Source: Alphaproteobacteria bacterium (GTDB taxonomy: Bacteria; Pseudomonadota; Alphaproteobacteria; RF32; CAG-239). Taken from it: DNA of 64,000 nt. The notes below the pieces were generated by a model. It made no database searches and was not told the origin of the DNA. It saw nothing but the letters and a program-made list of their open reading frames with translations. Position numbers and translations under genes: made by a program. Within the stretch, counting starts at the first letter, position 1. Every line of letters begins with the position of its first letter. Positions 1 through 10,186 of this stretch are shown in pieces. Where the stretch lies: assembly GCA_017477185.1 (NCBI GenBank), contig JAFUXF010000026.1:2215-66214 (forward strand), in the 5' to 3' direction.

Positions 1-407
1 GATATACTCGGATACGGACTATCTTTTGCTGAAATTTTAATTTTTGCCTCAGACAATAATTTTTTAAATGCCATCTGCGCAGGCATCGATTTAAATGAAA
101 AACCATTAACCTCAAATTTAGGAAGAGGATCATTCCGCCCATTACGAACAAGACTGAAAGCCTTCACGTTATAAGGAATTGAGCTTATCATTTCCTGCGT
201 TTCCCAATTAACATAGCACCGCAAAGGCGTTTCTAAATCCAATTCGTTTGCACCTTTGGTTGTTTTTATCATGTTTTCAGGCTGGGGGGGAATTAATTCA
301 ACATTTGCAACAAGCGGTTCTTGTTGTTTGGGTTGTTCAAAATATGTGCAACCTGTATACAACATACAGCACATCAGTAATATTCCGTATTTTTGCCGCT
401 GTCTCAT
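1..407 (-). CDS. putative lipoprotein, N-terminal part only (gene runs off the left edge of the window)
   Basis: Hand translation of the minus strand from ATG at 405..407 is open down to position 1. It begins MRQRQKYGILLMCCMLYTGC-TYFEQ, a basic n-region plus hydrophobic core plus TGC lipobox-like cysteine. The ATG overlaps the stop of the upstream gene (ATGA), which suggests the operon continues beyond the window. Confidence 0.4.
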   Translation of the reverse strand, partial: MRQRQKYGILLMCCMLYTGCTYFEQPKQQEPLVANVELIPPQPENMIKTTKGANELDLETPLRCYVNWETQEMISSIPYNVKAFSLVRNGRNDPLPKFEVNGFSFKSMPAQMAFKKLLSEAKIKISAKDSPYPSI

Positions 408-1084
408 TTTTTTTCATCCCCACTAACAGGAGCATTTATTTGTGGCGTTATATCACTTGATTCGTGTGTTTCAAATTGGCTGGCATCTATATTATTTTGT
501 TTCATCAATTTATTCATCAAGTCATCCATATTCATACCGGCACCGGCTGTCGGATCGTCCTTAACCGTTACCGGACCAAGCGCGGCTTTCATCTTGGCTA
601 TTTCTGAAGTATCTTCTTTTATCATATCCGGTGATGAATTTTTTTGAAGTTCCAGCTCATACTCCTGAAGATTACGGCGTAAAGCCATAATACCTCCTTT
701 GATTTTTCTCTCAACATAAGGATACAGCTCTCGATGTTTGAGAATAAAGTTTCCCGTTTCGCTAATCTCTTCCAAAACATCTAAAATATACCCGTAGTGA
801 GGATATTCTTCAATAGCAATATTACCTTTTCTGACACATCTTGCCGCAATTCTGGAAATGGTACGATCGTAATAATCGCGCAACAAAATATAGTTATCTA
901 AATACCAAAGGGTCTTCTTGCTAACCAGAGCAACACGCGGTTGATTGGTTGCAGGATGTGGGCTGTTTCCGGATTTCGGGGCATTTACTCCGGAAGGAGT
1001 TTCCCCTTGCTTTTTATCAGAAACTTGTTTTTTGATATCATCCATGAATATTGCTCCCATTTCCTCGTTATGAAGTTTAATCAA
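404..1084 (-). CDS. hypothetical protein (226 aa), last visible gene of the minus-strand T4SS array
   Basis: Intact ORF with no recognisable motif. Co-oriented and tightly spaced with the neighbouring genes. Confidence 0.5.
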   Translation of the reverse strand: MIKLHNEEMGAIFMDDIKKQVSDKKQGETPSGVNAPKSGNSPHPATNQPRVALVSKKTLWYLDNYILLRDYYDRTISRIAARCVRKGNIAIEEYPHYGYILDVLEEISETGNFILKHRELYPYVERKIKGGIMALRRNLQEYELELQKNSSPDMIKEDTSEIAKMKAALGPVTVKDDPTAGAGMNMDDLMNKLMKQNNIDASQFETHESSDITPQINAPVSGDEKK

Positions 1085-1135
1085 AGGGCTGCCTTTTGTA
1101 AATTATTTTAGCAGCTTATACCCAACTTAGGTTAT

Positions 1136-2824
1136 TTAGTTATCGTCATTAGAAGATATCCCAAACCCCTCATCTAAAATGATATTATCATTTTGTTGCT
1201 CTTGAAGATTGTAGGCAACATTGTTTCCAAACAATGCATTTTTTCTATTGTTTGACTGAGAGGTCACATCCGGATTATATGGGTCAGCATCAAAATCATA
1301 TTCTTCTGTTTCTTCACTACCATCATCTTCAACATATTCCCATTCGTACTCTTCACCAGAATCGTCTGAATTTACGGCTTCGCCTTCTTCATCAACATAT
1401 TCCCACTCATATTCCTCATCATTTGAACTATCTTCATCAACAGATTCTAAAATATTATAAGCCGCCTGAACTTCTGTCGTTGCAGAATCCGGTGACTTAT
1501 TCTCTAGAGCAGATACCTCATCGGAAGTAGCAACATTTTCTGTTTCTCCTTCATCCTCATCAACATATTCCCACTCGTATTCTTCATCACCATTTTCAGC
1601 ATTTTCTTCAACGACTTCCGTATCCGATTGTATATTTTCTTGATTTTCCTTCGGTTCTTCTTGTTCTGCAGATACTTCTAAGTTTGCATCTTCCGGCTGA
1701 ATTTCTTCTTTTTCTGCTTTATCCTCTTTAGCTGTCTCTTCTTGATTTTCATTTTCTGTGGCAGGTGTTTCCGTTTTTTCTTCCGGATTTATATCTTTGT
1801 CCTCTGGAATCGGCTCTTCTTTAAGGCTTTTCCATTCTGTATCATTTTCAAATAAATCTTCCGGTGTACCGTCAAAATCCCCCAATAAACTTTCATCTAT
1901 TTCTTCTGTTGTTGTTTCTTCTTCAGCCTCTTCTGGTGCTTCGGCTTGGTGCTTGGACATTTCTTGATAATAGTCGTCTTCAGAAATATCATCAACCGCC
2001 GTTTCTTTTATTGGAGAAGGTGTTTCAACATATTCATCTAAGGACACTGCATCATCCGCAGCATTGTATTTATCGTTATATTCTTGCATTTTAGCATCAT
2101 AATGCGCGCTCATCGGCATTGGGCTGACTGTGCTGAATATTTGATTTTTAAAGAAATCCAAATTTTCGGAATGAACCTTTTGAATCGCCTCTATCAATGC
2201 ATCATTTGACATTTGGCGAATCTCTTTTAAGGCCTGACTGATAATTGCTGAAAATTCTTGTGTTTGCGTATGCGTTATTGTTTTGATTAGCTCAGATTGT
2301 GATTCTGTCGTATTTTTGTTTTGCTTTTCCAAAATTGTCTGCGTCAATTTACTCTGCAAAGCCATAAGGGTTTGAGCTAATTCTTTGGTGTCTTCTTTGC
2401 GATTTTTATCCGAAGTTACCAACGCTTCCTTAAATGCTTTAGCTATTTCATGTGCCATTTCAGGACTTGCCGCTGATTGAACAATTACTCGCGGTTGCTC
2501 CTGATTTTCGCCGGTAGCTGAAAACGTTTTAGCTTCGGCATTTGTTGATGTGCTTTGTTCAAAACTTTCATCTGTTATGCCGGCTTCTTTTTCTAAATCT
2601 GCCAGATACTGCTGAACAACGACGCCTCCCGGTAAAGTGCCTATCAGTCGCTTAATTTCTACCGGTTGCTCTAAGAGCATTTTATTGTAGGCTTCTTTTT
2701 TTTCGGGACTGAATATATGTAATTGGCGGTATAAATTTAAAAGACGTTGAGCAATGATGACAGGATCGCTTTCTGTTCCCATCAGCTTATAATTCTTTGC
2801 AATTTTTCCAGAACTATCCAACAT
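1136..2824 (-). CDS. highly acidic repeat protein (562 aa) with three EEYEWEYV(D/E) aromatic-acidic repeats
   Basis: The C-terminal half is >40% D/E. It has three near-identical DEEYEWEYVDE units and a DPYNPDV motif. No Walker A motif, so it is not VirD4. It sits immediately downstream of virB11. Confidence 0.55.
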   Translation of the reverse strand: MLDSSGKIAKNYKLMGTESDPVIIAQRLLNLYRQLHIFSPEKKEAYNKMLLEQPVEIKRLIGTLPGGVVVQQYLADLEKEAGITDESFEQSTSTNAEAKTFSATGENQEQPRVIVQSAASPEMAHEIAKAFKEALVTSDKNRKEDTKELAQTLMALQSKLTQTILEKQNKNTTESQSELIKTITHTQTQEFSAIISQALKEIRQMSNDALIEAIQKVHSENLDFFKNQIFSTVSPMPMSAHYDAKMQEYNDKYNAADDAVSLDEYVETPSPIKETAVDDISEDDYYQEMSKHQAEAPEEAEEETTTEEIDESLLGDFDGTPEDLFENDTEWKSLKEEPIPEDKDINPEEKTETPATENENQEETAKEDKAEKEEIQPEDANLEVSAEQEEPKENQENIQSDTEVVEENAENGDEEYEWEYVDEDEGETENVATSDEVSALENKSPDSATTEVQAAYNILESVDEDSSNDEEYEWEYVDEEGEAVNSDDSGEEYEWEYVEDDGSEETEEYDFDADPYNPDVTSQSNNRKNALFGNNVAYNLQEQQNDNIILDEGFGISSNDDN

Positions 2825-2930
2825 CTTTTACGAATCTCTAGTTATATCTTTTACCAGATTAGCGAAAGGATGTAAATTTCAGGTTAATATTTTACATTTT
2901 TCATAAATATTTCGCGCTTTTCACAAGATT

Positions 2931-3899
2931 TTATGTTACTTCGGTAACTGCGCGTAAGTTTCCATCTCGGTTTATTTGGACAACGCGTAATTTTTTATGC
3001 ATTTCTTCTATGGTTTTACCTCTGTCAATACTCGGATAGCTATGTAAAATACGATCAACAAAAGCCTCATATGCCGCTTCTGAACTCTCTGCGTGAATCG
3101 TTGCTAAACAGTTATCATGCCCTGATCCCATCAACTCCCATATTGCTCCGGCATTGTTGGTTGAAATCTCACCGCCGATAATCGCATCCGGCGTAAAACG
3201 AACAACCAAGTCAATAATTTTTGCATAGTTAAAATCATTTGTTTGCTCGGTACGAGACATCACAACGTGGACACGATTGGGGTGGGGAACGATTAGTTCT
3301 CGCGTATCCTCGATAGTTATAATTCGTTTATGAATATCTAATATTTTTAATAAATTATTTAAGAATGTTGTTTTACCTGTTGCGGTTGCACCACTAACCA
3401 AAATATGATCACCGCGTTTAATGCTTAACAACAGTCTTTCATAAGGATCTTCCGGATCTTTAATTGCACGGAGCGGATTGATTTTATGAAGTCCTTCGCC
3501 TTGCTTTAAACCATAATCTCCCAGACCAAACGCAACATCGTCGCTATGAACACGAATAGTCAGCGCAATGCCTCCGGTTAAGTCATCTTGATCATACATC
3601 ACATTTTTACCGCAAATCGCAGAAAAACGATGATCTCCCGGAATCGTTGCGTAAACAACCGGTGTTCCCTGTATCGGATCAAACGGAAGTTCATAAGTAT
3701 TAGCAATAATATATAACAAATCCGTTAGATATTCTTTGCTTAATTTTTCATCTTTATACAGCACCCACGGGTAAGCTCTTTTACCGCGTAAACGAAGCCA
3801 TATTTGCCCCGAACGATTGATGGCAACTTCTTCGATATTTTCCTGATTATACCAGTAAGCTAGAGGCCTTAAAACAGATTCTAATACTTTAAAACTCAT
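2931..3899 (-). CDS. virB11: VirB11-family T4SS ATPase
   Basis: Walker A motif SGATATGKTTFLNNLL. Asp-box/His-box context IITIEDTRELI ... GHDNCLATIHAESS. The 322-aa size and position next to VirB10 fit VirB11. Confidence 0.9.
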   Translation of the reverse strand: MSFKVLESVLRPLAYWYNQENIEEVAINRSGQIWLRLRGKRAYPWVLYKDEKLSKEYLTDLLYIIANTYELPFDPIQGTPVVYATIPGDHRFSAICGKNVMYDQDDLTGGIALTIRVHSDDVAFGLGDYGLKQGEGLHKINPLRAIKDPEDPYERLLLSIKRGDHILVSGATATGKTTFLNNLLKILDIHKRIITIEDTRELIVPHPNRVHVVMSRTEQTNDFNYAKIIDLVVRFTPDAIIGGEISTNNAGAIWELMGSGHDNCLATIHAESSEAAYEAFVDRILHSYPSIDRGKTIEEMHKKLRVVQINRDGNLRAVTEVT

Positions 3900-3912
3900 G
3901 CTTTGTTCCTTT

Positions 3913-6900
3913 TTAGAAAAGTTGCGGTATGCTACTGTTTGAAGAAGATGATGAACTTGTTGTCGGCGGCGGAGGCGGCGGCAATGTTCCCGTCGCGGAG
4001 GCTGGTGCCGGAGTTGTTTGTGTCGGCTTATCGTCGACTAACTTTGCCGTTGGTGCGCTTTCTGCGGCAGATGGCGTATCTCCACCGCTGCCACTATAAA
4101 CGACCTGACCACTTCCTTCTCGAACACGTTTATCCGTCACTGCTTTATCATCAATCAAAACCGGACTCCTTCTATCATCTCCTGTACCTGTACCTTCAGG
4201 ATTTCGATCTTCCGTTCTCATCCATAAATCCGTATTTGGATAAATAATGATTCTTGTTCCTGCAGGAACATAAGTCAGAGGCTTAATATTAGCCTTATCT
4301 TGTAAAATTTGCTCAAAAATCTGATTCATATCTTGCAAGAAATTTTCTCTGGCATCATTTGCTGCCTGCTGTTTTGGTGTTTCAACTTCTCCATTTGAAT
4401 TCTCATCATCTGCCATCATATAAGAAGCATAACTGGTTAAGGCCGTTGTCATAATTGGTAATGTATATTTCTTAAACAACTGTTGATCCAGATACCCTAA
4501 AGCTCCTCCTCGTCCTTGCGCATCTGCTGTCAAACCATTAAATTTGAACATTGAGCCATCCGGACGAATCAGACGCTCCCAAGAAATATCAACTTTGGCA
4601 GAAACAGATGTTGTTTCTGACGTTCCAGTCAGTCCGCCTAATGTTCCTATTAAATGGCTACCCGCCGGAATAATAATATTACGCCCTTCTTCGGCATAAA
4701 CATTGCGTTCGACATATGCTGTTACTGGGGTTGGATGATTACTGTCAATTGATCTGGCAATAACTGCAGGAATAGGCTTGTCTGCCAATATCATTTCACT
4801 CATATCAACACGCCATGAAGACATTGTCTTACTAATCCCCTGATCTGACCAATCTTCTTGCATTCCATCAAAAGACCGTCTATCGACATTTGAACTGATT
4901 TTGCCTACCGACATTCCGCTTCGACGAATTTGCTGAGCAGCTCCTAGTGCGGCCGCTCTTTGAGGATCATATCTTTCTCCCGGTCCGAATCCACCTCCAG
5001 GTCCTAAGTTTGTTCCGGGACCGGTTCCCGTCCCATAAGCACCACCATGACCAAAAGTTCCTTGAGGGACGAACATTTCCGCACCCTTTTGCGGACGCGT
5101 GCTTTCTTCTATACCAATTAGTCCACCCTCTTTATCTATAATCAAACCATCCGGCGTTCGTCGACCAATCTGATTTCCTTTTTTATCGACCACCGTTCCG
5201 TCTTCCATGATATCGCCAAGATACTCTCCATCAGGGGTTAAAGCGACACCAAGTGCTGTCCGATATTTTTCCGTACCTTCCGGAGACACACCAATTTTTG
5301 GAAGTTTCGTTGTCTTATCTTTTGGGCTTCGACTAAACCATACTTTTTTTCGTCCTATAGTGTCAAAAGGATCTAACAGTTTATTTCTCCCTCTATGACC
5401 TATAATATTACCATTTATATCAGTAACTGTTCCATCATCCAGTACTTTGCCGATAACCTTACCCTCTAAATCAATAACCGTTCCATCCGGTAAGACACGA
5501 CCGATAATATTGCCATTTTCATCAAAAACTAGATCATTGGCATTAACACGACCGATAACATTACCGTTTTCATCAACAATTTCACCGGAGGAGTTTACTT
5601 TTCCTATTACATTACCCTCAAAATCAACAACTGTTCCGTCAGGCAAAATTCTACCAATAACATTACCATCCTCATCAAAAGCTAAATGGCTGACATTGGC
5701 TCGTCCGATAACATTACCGTCAGCGTCGACAACTGTTCCATCAGGTAATACTCTTCCTATTTTTTTGCCATTTAAGTCAACGACTGTTCCGTCTTCTAAT
5801 ACCCTTCCAATAAGGTTACCATCTTTATCATAAACTAAATTTGCCCTATCGACTGTGCCAAGAACCTTTCCTTCATCATCAACAATTTCTCCTGCAGCAT
5901 TCAAATGCCCAAGCAATCCGCCACCTAAATTAACAACGGTTCCATCCGGAAGCAACCGGCCGATAATATTACCATCTTCATCATATGCAAATGAAGTTTT
6001 GTTAACTTTTCCTATAATTTTACCATTTGCATCGATAACAGAGCCATCTGCTTGAACTTTTCCTATAATTTTGCCATTCACATCGACAACAGAGCCATCT
6101 GATAAAACATGACCTATAACATTACCATTTTCATCAAAAGCCAACGTGCTAACATCTGCATATCCGATAACATTTCCATCTGCATCAACAACTGTTCCAT
6201 CCGGTTGTATTTTCCCGATGACATTCCCATCTAAATCCACTGCCGTTCCGTCAGCTAAAATTTTACCGATAATGTTGCCGTTTTCATCATATATATAAAC
6301 CGTTGTCCCATCTGATGTGTCTGGGGAGACTATCTTACAATTTTTATCAATAATCTCTCCTCTCAAATTAATTTTTCCTAATATATTACCTTTTTTATCA
6401 AAAGCAAATTTTGTTATATCCGTTTGCCCGATAACCTCACCTTTTCTATTAACGACATTTCCCTGTGCATTAATTTGTCCTATCATTTGGCGGTCTTTAT
6501 TGAAAGCCATGCCTTCGCGATTTATTCTACCGATAATTTGTTCGCTTTTATTAAAAATAAAATTACCGGCATCTGCTTGTCCGATGACTTTATTGCGCTT
6601 ATTAACCACATCTCCGTTTAATTTCAGTCGTCCAATGACATTATCATCTTTATCGACAGCAACACCATCCATTTTCACTTTACCGATAATATTGTCGCTT
6701 TTATCTAATATCAGAGTATGATTATGTGCTGTCCCTAAAAATTTATCTTTTTCATCAAACACACGTCCATCTGCGCTTAACATACCAATCATCTTGCCTG
6801 CTGAATTGACAACCGTGCCATCGATTTTTACTTGGCCGACAACGTTACAGAATAAATCATATACTAAATTATCATCATCAGCGCGACCAATAATGTTTCC

Positions 6901-9900
6901 ATCTTTATCAACAACCGTGCCATCAGGCATAATTCTGCCTATTACGTTTCCCGCTTCATCAAAAGCAAATTTACTGACATCAGCCTGACCGATAATGTTT
7001 CCATCTTTATCAACAACTGTTCCGTCTGCTCTAACCATGCCAATAACATTACCGGCAAGATCCACAACTGTTCCATCAGGCAAAACACGACCGATAACAT
7101 TACCATCTTTATCAAAGACTAAATCACTTATATCTGCGTGCCCGATGACTTTTCCATCTTTATCAACGACTGTCCCGTCTGATTTAACACGACCAATTAC
7201 ATTACCGTTCATATCGACAACTGTTCCATCTGTCAGAACTTTTCCGATAATATTGCCATTTTCATCATAAACATACCGATCGCTTGTCGTTTGCGCAATA
7301 ATATTACCATCCTTATCAATTACATCCCCATTATCTTGTAATTTTCCGATAATATTGCCATCTGCATCTACCACATTGCCTTCAGCATCAACGAATCCTA
7401 TAAACTTGCCATTTGCATCAAATAGTTTTGTCATATATGTTTGAGCGTGATAATATTGCAAAGGATGAGCTTTTGCGATAAATTTTCCGGTAGAAGAATT
7501 TATCTCACCTTTGGCATTCAATAAACCTAAAACTTCGCCATTAAAATCTGTTAGTTCACCTTTAAGCGTTAATTCTCCCAAAATCTGATAGCTGTTGTCT
7601 CGAATGATAAAATCTCGATTACCTCGTCCAATCAATTGATTGTCTTTATCAATCAAGAAACCTTGTTTCATTTCTCCTAAATGACTTCCTTGCGGGGATA
7701 GCACATTTCCTTCTTTGGTAATGTACCCCATTACTTTGTTGTCTAAATCATAAATATAAAAATCATATAGGGCATAACCAATATTTCTGCCTTTATTGGT
7801 TATATTACCATAAAAATCAACCTGTCCGAGATTTTCACCCTTAGAATTTGTAACTTGCCCATCTGTGCCAACATATCCAATATATTTATCCTGTAGATTG
7901 AAGGCGACACGATATTTAAATAAATTTCCAATCGGCATACCGTTTTCGGAATTAACATTACCATTAGGTTGCATATACCCTATTATTTTATTTTTACTAT
8001 CGGCTACTTTACCGGTTAAAAGCGTTCTTCCTAAAATTTGTCCTTTAAAATTCATAACCGGATAATATTCAATTTGATGTGCTAAAACTGCGCCATCTGC
8101 ATTTTTTAAATACCCTCTTCTGTCAACACAACCTAAAACTTCATTATTATAATTCAAAACCTGCCCGTTAGCAGAGACGACACCGATAATGTCTCCCGTA
8201 AAATTAATCATAGCATTAGGGAATGCGGCATAGCCTATATATTCTCCGATTTCACTGACAACCTGTCCGTTAGGAAGAATCCGTCCTTGAACAATATCTC
8301 GATAGTTACGAACATATCCTCGCGGTGTTACTACCCCCAAAAATTCGCATTTATCATCAATAATTGAGGCATACTTAACAAGTTGTCCTACCCATACCTG
8401 ATTATTATCAAAAACATCTCGACCGTTTATAATTTTACCCAAAGTGCTTCCCGTAAAATCACGGACAATTCCGTTTACTCCCGTATAACCGAGGATATTT
8501 CCGCTAAAATTCATAACCATTGCATTATTATAGGCATTACCGTTTTTAGGACTGATGATATTTCTGCTACCGGCTTTATCTTCTACTGTCGATAAATCAG
8601 GCAATATTTTCGCGACATAAGAATCGCCACGGCTCACCATATTGTTAACGCCGATTTGACCTAAAAGTTCCCCCTGATTATTAACGACATTTTCAATATC
8701 TAGCACTTTGCCGATAATTTCATTACGTTCGTTAATACTGATGCCTGCTTGCGTTAATTTGCCGACGGTTATCGCATTTTTATTTTGCAAATCTCCGCTC
8801 GGCATAACATAAGAATCAATACTCCCCTTTTCATCATATATGGCGGACAGTCTATAACATCTTCCGGAATTTTTACCATCTGCCGTAAACATATATCCGA
8901 ACGGAGATATAAATTTCTTTTCTCCGTTATCATAAACGATACCATTGATGCCGGCTATTCCTAAAATTTTGTTATTACTATTGACGGAAAGAATATTATC
9001 AAAACTTCCGCCAACTACTCGTCCGGTATTGTCATAAGCGATATTTCCCAACATATAACCGGTTGCCGTACCATCCATTTTAGCAACGATACCGTTTTTC
9101 AGGGCCTGATGCGTTAATGTCCCTTTATAATCGAAAACAGGACCGGAATTGACAACTTTACCAATCAATTCATCATCTTTACCATAAACAAATCCTCTGG
9201 CACCAATATATCCAATGATTTCCGTGGCTCTGGCAACTTTTCCTTCCGGCAGAACACGCCCTAAATAAGTTCCCGAAAAATCTGTTGCTGTGGCAGCAAT
9301 ATCAATTGTTGAACCAATGACTTCTCCGCTATCTTTTACAACCATTCCGTCTGAACGCATTTTGCCTACTAATGTTTCTTTATTGAAAACCTCACCATTA
9401 TAAGTTACAAACCCCAGATATTTCCCTCGATTATCTATAGCATATTTACTACGGACAATACTTCCGATAATGTTTTCACTATCATTGTATACATAACCAT
9501 TTGCTTTAATATGGCCGATATTTTTACCTTCAAAATCAATAACGCTTCCCCCCGGAGCAATACTTCCGATAAAATCTCCTTGATTAGAAACAACCATTTT
9601 TGATGAAATTAAACGCCCCTCTAAAGCGATATCACTACCGATACGACGAAAAGCATATCCGTCTGCAGAAACAAAACCGATTTCTTGTCCTTGCAGATTG
9701 CTGTATGTTCCGTTTCCGGTAAAACGCCCGATTGTTTGTCCATCATCAGAATAGATCAGCCCCGGGAATAAAACGGCACCGATAATATTAAAAAATTCAT
9801 CAATAACCAAGCCGTTTGGTAGAACTCTAGCAACAATTTTTCCTGAAGGGAGGCGAACTGTTCCATCGTTTCCTACTTTTCCCAAAGGTTTATTATCGTT

Positions 9901-10161
9901 GCCGACAGCCACACCTTGCGGAACCACGCCACCAATCACTTTGCCGTTAAAATCAACGATTAAACTGTCCGCGGTTACATTGCCCAGTAATTCATTTTTC
10001 AGCCCAACAACTTTACCATCAGGAATAACTTTACCGATAACTTCACCATTAAAATTTATTGCTGTAATTTCTTGCGCCGATGCTTCTGCGGCTGAAAAAA
10101 CGTTTATTCCGCCGATTAAACCAGCAATAACAATAAATTTTAACATCCATTTTTTTATCAT
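3913..10161 (-). CDS. virB10: giant VirB10/TrbI-domain protein (~2080 aa): signal peptide, ~1600 aa of degenerate 17-aa repeats, Gly-rich linker, VirB10 C-terminal barrel domain, Pro/Ser-rich tail (CagY-like architecture)
   Basis: The C-terminal segment IPAGSHLIGT, ISWERLIRPDGSMF, TADAQGRGGALGYLDQQLFKKY and YVPAGTRIIIYPNTDLW aligns motif-for-motif with the canonical VirB10 barrel (IPRGSLLVGEY / VVWNRLVRPDG / TDALGRAGLSGHVDNHWFERF / IPQGHEFQVY). The likely true start is the internal ATG at 10159..10161 (MIKKWMLKFIVIAGLIGGINVFSAAEASA-QE), which has an SD-like GGATGG upstream. The ORF track extends the frame to 10254. Confidence 0.85.
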   Translation of the reverse strand: MIKKWMLKFIVIAGLIGGINVFSAAEASAQEITAINFNGEVIGKVIPDGKVVGLKNELLGNVTADSLIVDFNGKVIGGVVPQGVAVGNDNKPLGKVGNDGTVRLPSGKIVARVLPNGLVIDEFFNIIGAVLFPGLIYSDDGQTIGRFTGNGTYSNLQGQEIGFVSADGYAFRRIGSDIALEGRLISSKMVVSNQGDFIGSIAPGGSVIDFEGKNIGHIKANGYVYNDSENIIGSIVRSKYAIDNRGKYLGFVTYNGEVFNKETLVGKMRSDGMVVKDSGEVIGSTIDIAATATDFSGTYLGRVLPEGKVARATEIIGYIGARGFVYGKDDELIGKVVNSGPVFDYKGTLTHQALKNGIVAKMDGTATGYMLGNIAYDNTGRVVGGSFDNILSVNSNNKILGIAGINGIVYDNGEKKFISPFGYMFTADGKNSGRCYRLSAIYDEKGSIDSYVMPSGDLQNKNAITVGKLTQAGISINERNEIIGKVLDIENVVNNQGELLGQIGVNNMVSRGDSYVAKILPDLSTVEDKAGSRNIISPKNGNAYNNAMVMNFSGNILGYTGVNGIVRDFTGSTLGKIINGRDVFDNNQVWVGQLVKYASIIDDKCEFLGVVTPRGYVRNYRDIVQGRILPNGQVVSEIGEYIGYAAFPNAMINFTGDIIGVVSANGQVLNYNNEVLGCVDRRGYLKNADGAVLAHQIEYYPVMNFKGQILGRTLLTGKVADSKNKIIGYMQPNGNVNSENGMPIGNLFKYRVAFNLQDKYIGYVGTDGQVTNSKGENLGQVDFYGNITNKGRNIGYALYDFYIYDLDNKVMGYITKEGNVLSPQGSHLGEMKQGFLIDKDNQLIGRGNRDFIIRDNSYQILGELTLKGELTDFNGEVLGLLNAKGEINSSTGKFIAKAHPLQYYHAQTYMTKLFDANGKFIGFVDAEGNVVDADGNIIGKLQDNGDVIDKDGNIIAQTTSDRYVYDENGNIIGKVLTDGTVVDMNGNVIGRVKSDGTVVDKDGKVIGHADISDLVFDKDGNVIGRVLPDGTVVDLAGNVIGMVRADGTVVDKDGNIIGQADVSKFAFDEAGNVIGRIMPDGTVVDKDGNIIGRADDDNLVYDLFCNVVGQVKIDGTVVNSAGKMIGMLSADGRVFDEKDKFLGTAHNHTLILDKSDNIIGKVKMDGVAVDKDDNVIGRLKLNGDVVNKRNKVIGQADAGNFIFNKSEQIIGRINREGMAFNKDRQMIGQINAQGNVVNRKGEVIGQTDITKFAFDKKGNILGKINLRGEIIDKNCKIVSPDTSDGTTVYIYDENGNIIGKILADGTAVDLDGNVIGKIQPDGTVVDADGNVIGYADVSTLAFDENGNVIGHVLSDGSVVDVNGKIIGKVQADGSVIDANGKIIGKVNKTSFAYDEDGNIIGRLLPDGTVVNLGGGLLGHLNAAGEIVDDEGKVLGTVDRANLVYDKDGNLIGRVLEDGTVVDLNGKKIGRVLPDGTVVDADGNVIGRANVSHLAFDEDGNVIGRILPDGTVVDFEGNVIGKVNSSGEIVDENGNVIGRVNANDLVFDENGNIIGRVLPDGTVIDLEGKVIGKVLDDGTVTDINGNIIGHRGRNKLLDPFDTIGRKKVWFSRSPKDKTTKLPKIGVSPEGTEKYRTALGVALTPDGEYLGDIMEDGTVVDKKGNQIGRRTPDGLIIDKEGGLIGIEESTRPQKGAEMFVPQGTFGHGGAYGTGTGPGTNLGPGGGFGPGERYDPQRAAALGAAQQIRRSGMSVGKISSNVDRRSFDGMQEDWSDQGISKTMSSWRVDMSEMILADKPIPAVIARSIDSNHPTPVTAYVERNVYAEEGRNIIIPAGSHLIGTLGGLTGTSETTSVSAKVDISWERLIRPDGSMFKFNGLTADAQGRGGALGYLDQQLFKKYTLPIMTTALTSYASYMMADDENSNGEVETPKQQAANDARENFLQDMNQIFEQILQDKANIKPLTYVPAGTRIIIYPNTDLWMRTEDRNPEGTGTGDDRRSPVLIDDKAVTDKRVREGSGQVVYSGSGGDTPSAAESAPTAKLVDDKPTQTTPAPASATGTLPPPPPPTTSSSSSSNSSIPQLF
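5300..9950 (-). repeat. in-frame degenerate tandem repeat array (~51-bp period; peptide unit ~DxxGNVIGRVLPDGTVV) inside the giant virB10 gene
   Basis: The protein track shows dozens of consecutive GN(V/I)IG(R/K)(V/I)xxDGTV(V/I)D units. The most regular copies are at ~5300..7260, and progressively degenerate copies run toward the N-terminus. The mirror-image plus-strand ORFs (PITLPSxSTTVPSG...) are the antisense reading of the same repeats. Confidence 0.65.
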
Positions 10162-10186
10162 ATTCCATCCAGCCTTTAATTTTTTA

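Noticed and set aside
1136-2824. Gene downstream of virB11 as a candidate VirD4 coupling protein
   Set aside because: No Walker A/B motifs and no N-terminal TM helices. Composition is dominated by D/E with EEYEWEYV repeats, so it is not a VirD4/TraG ATPase.
5447-7270. Plus-strand ORFs of 60-130 aa with PITLPSLSTTVPSG-type periodic sequences (5447..5833, 5855..6055, 6794..6988, 6995..7270, 9899..10258, 11727..11981, 12726..13073, 13152..13406)
   Set aside because: They are the antisense reading of the 51-bp coding repeats inside the two giant minus-strand genes. Their periodicity mirrors GNVIGRV..DGTVVD exactly, and they lack independent start contexts.
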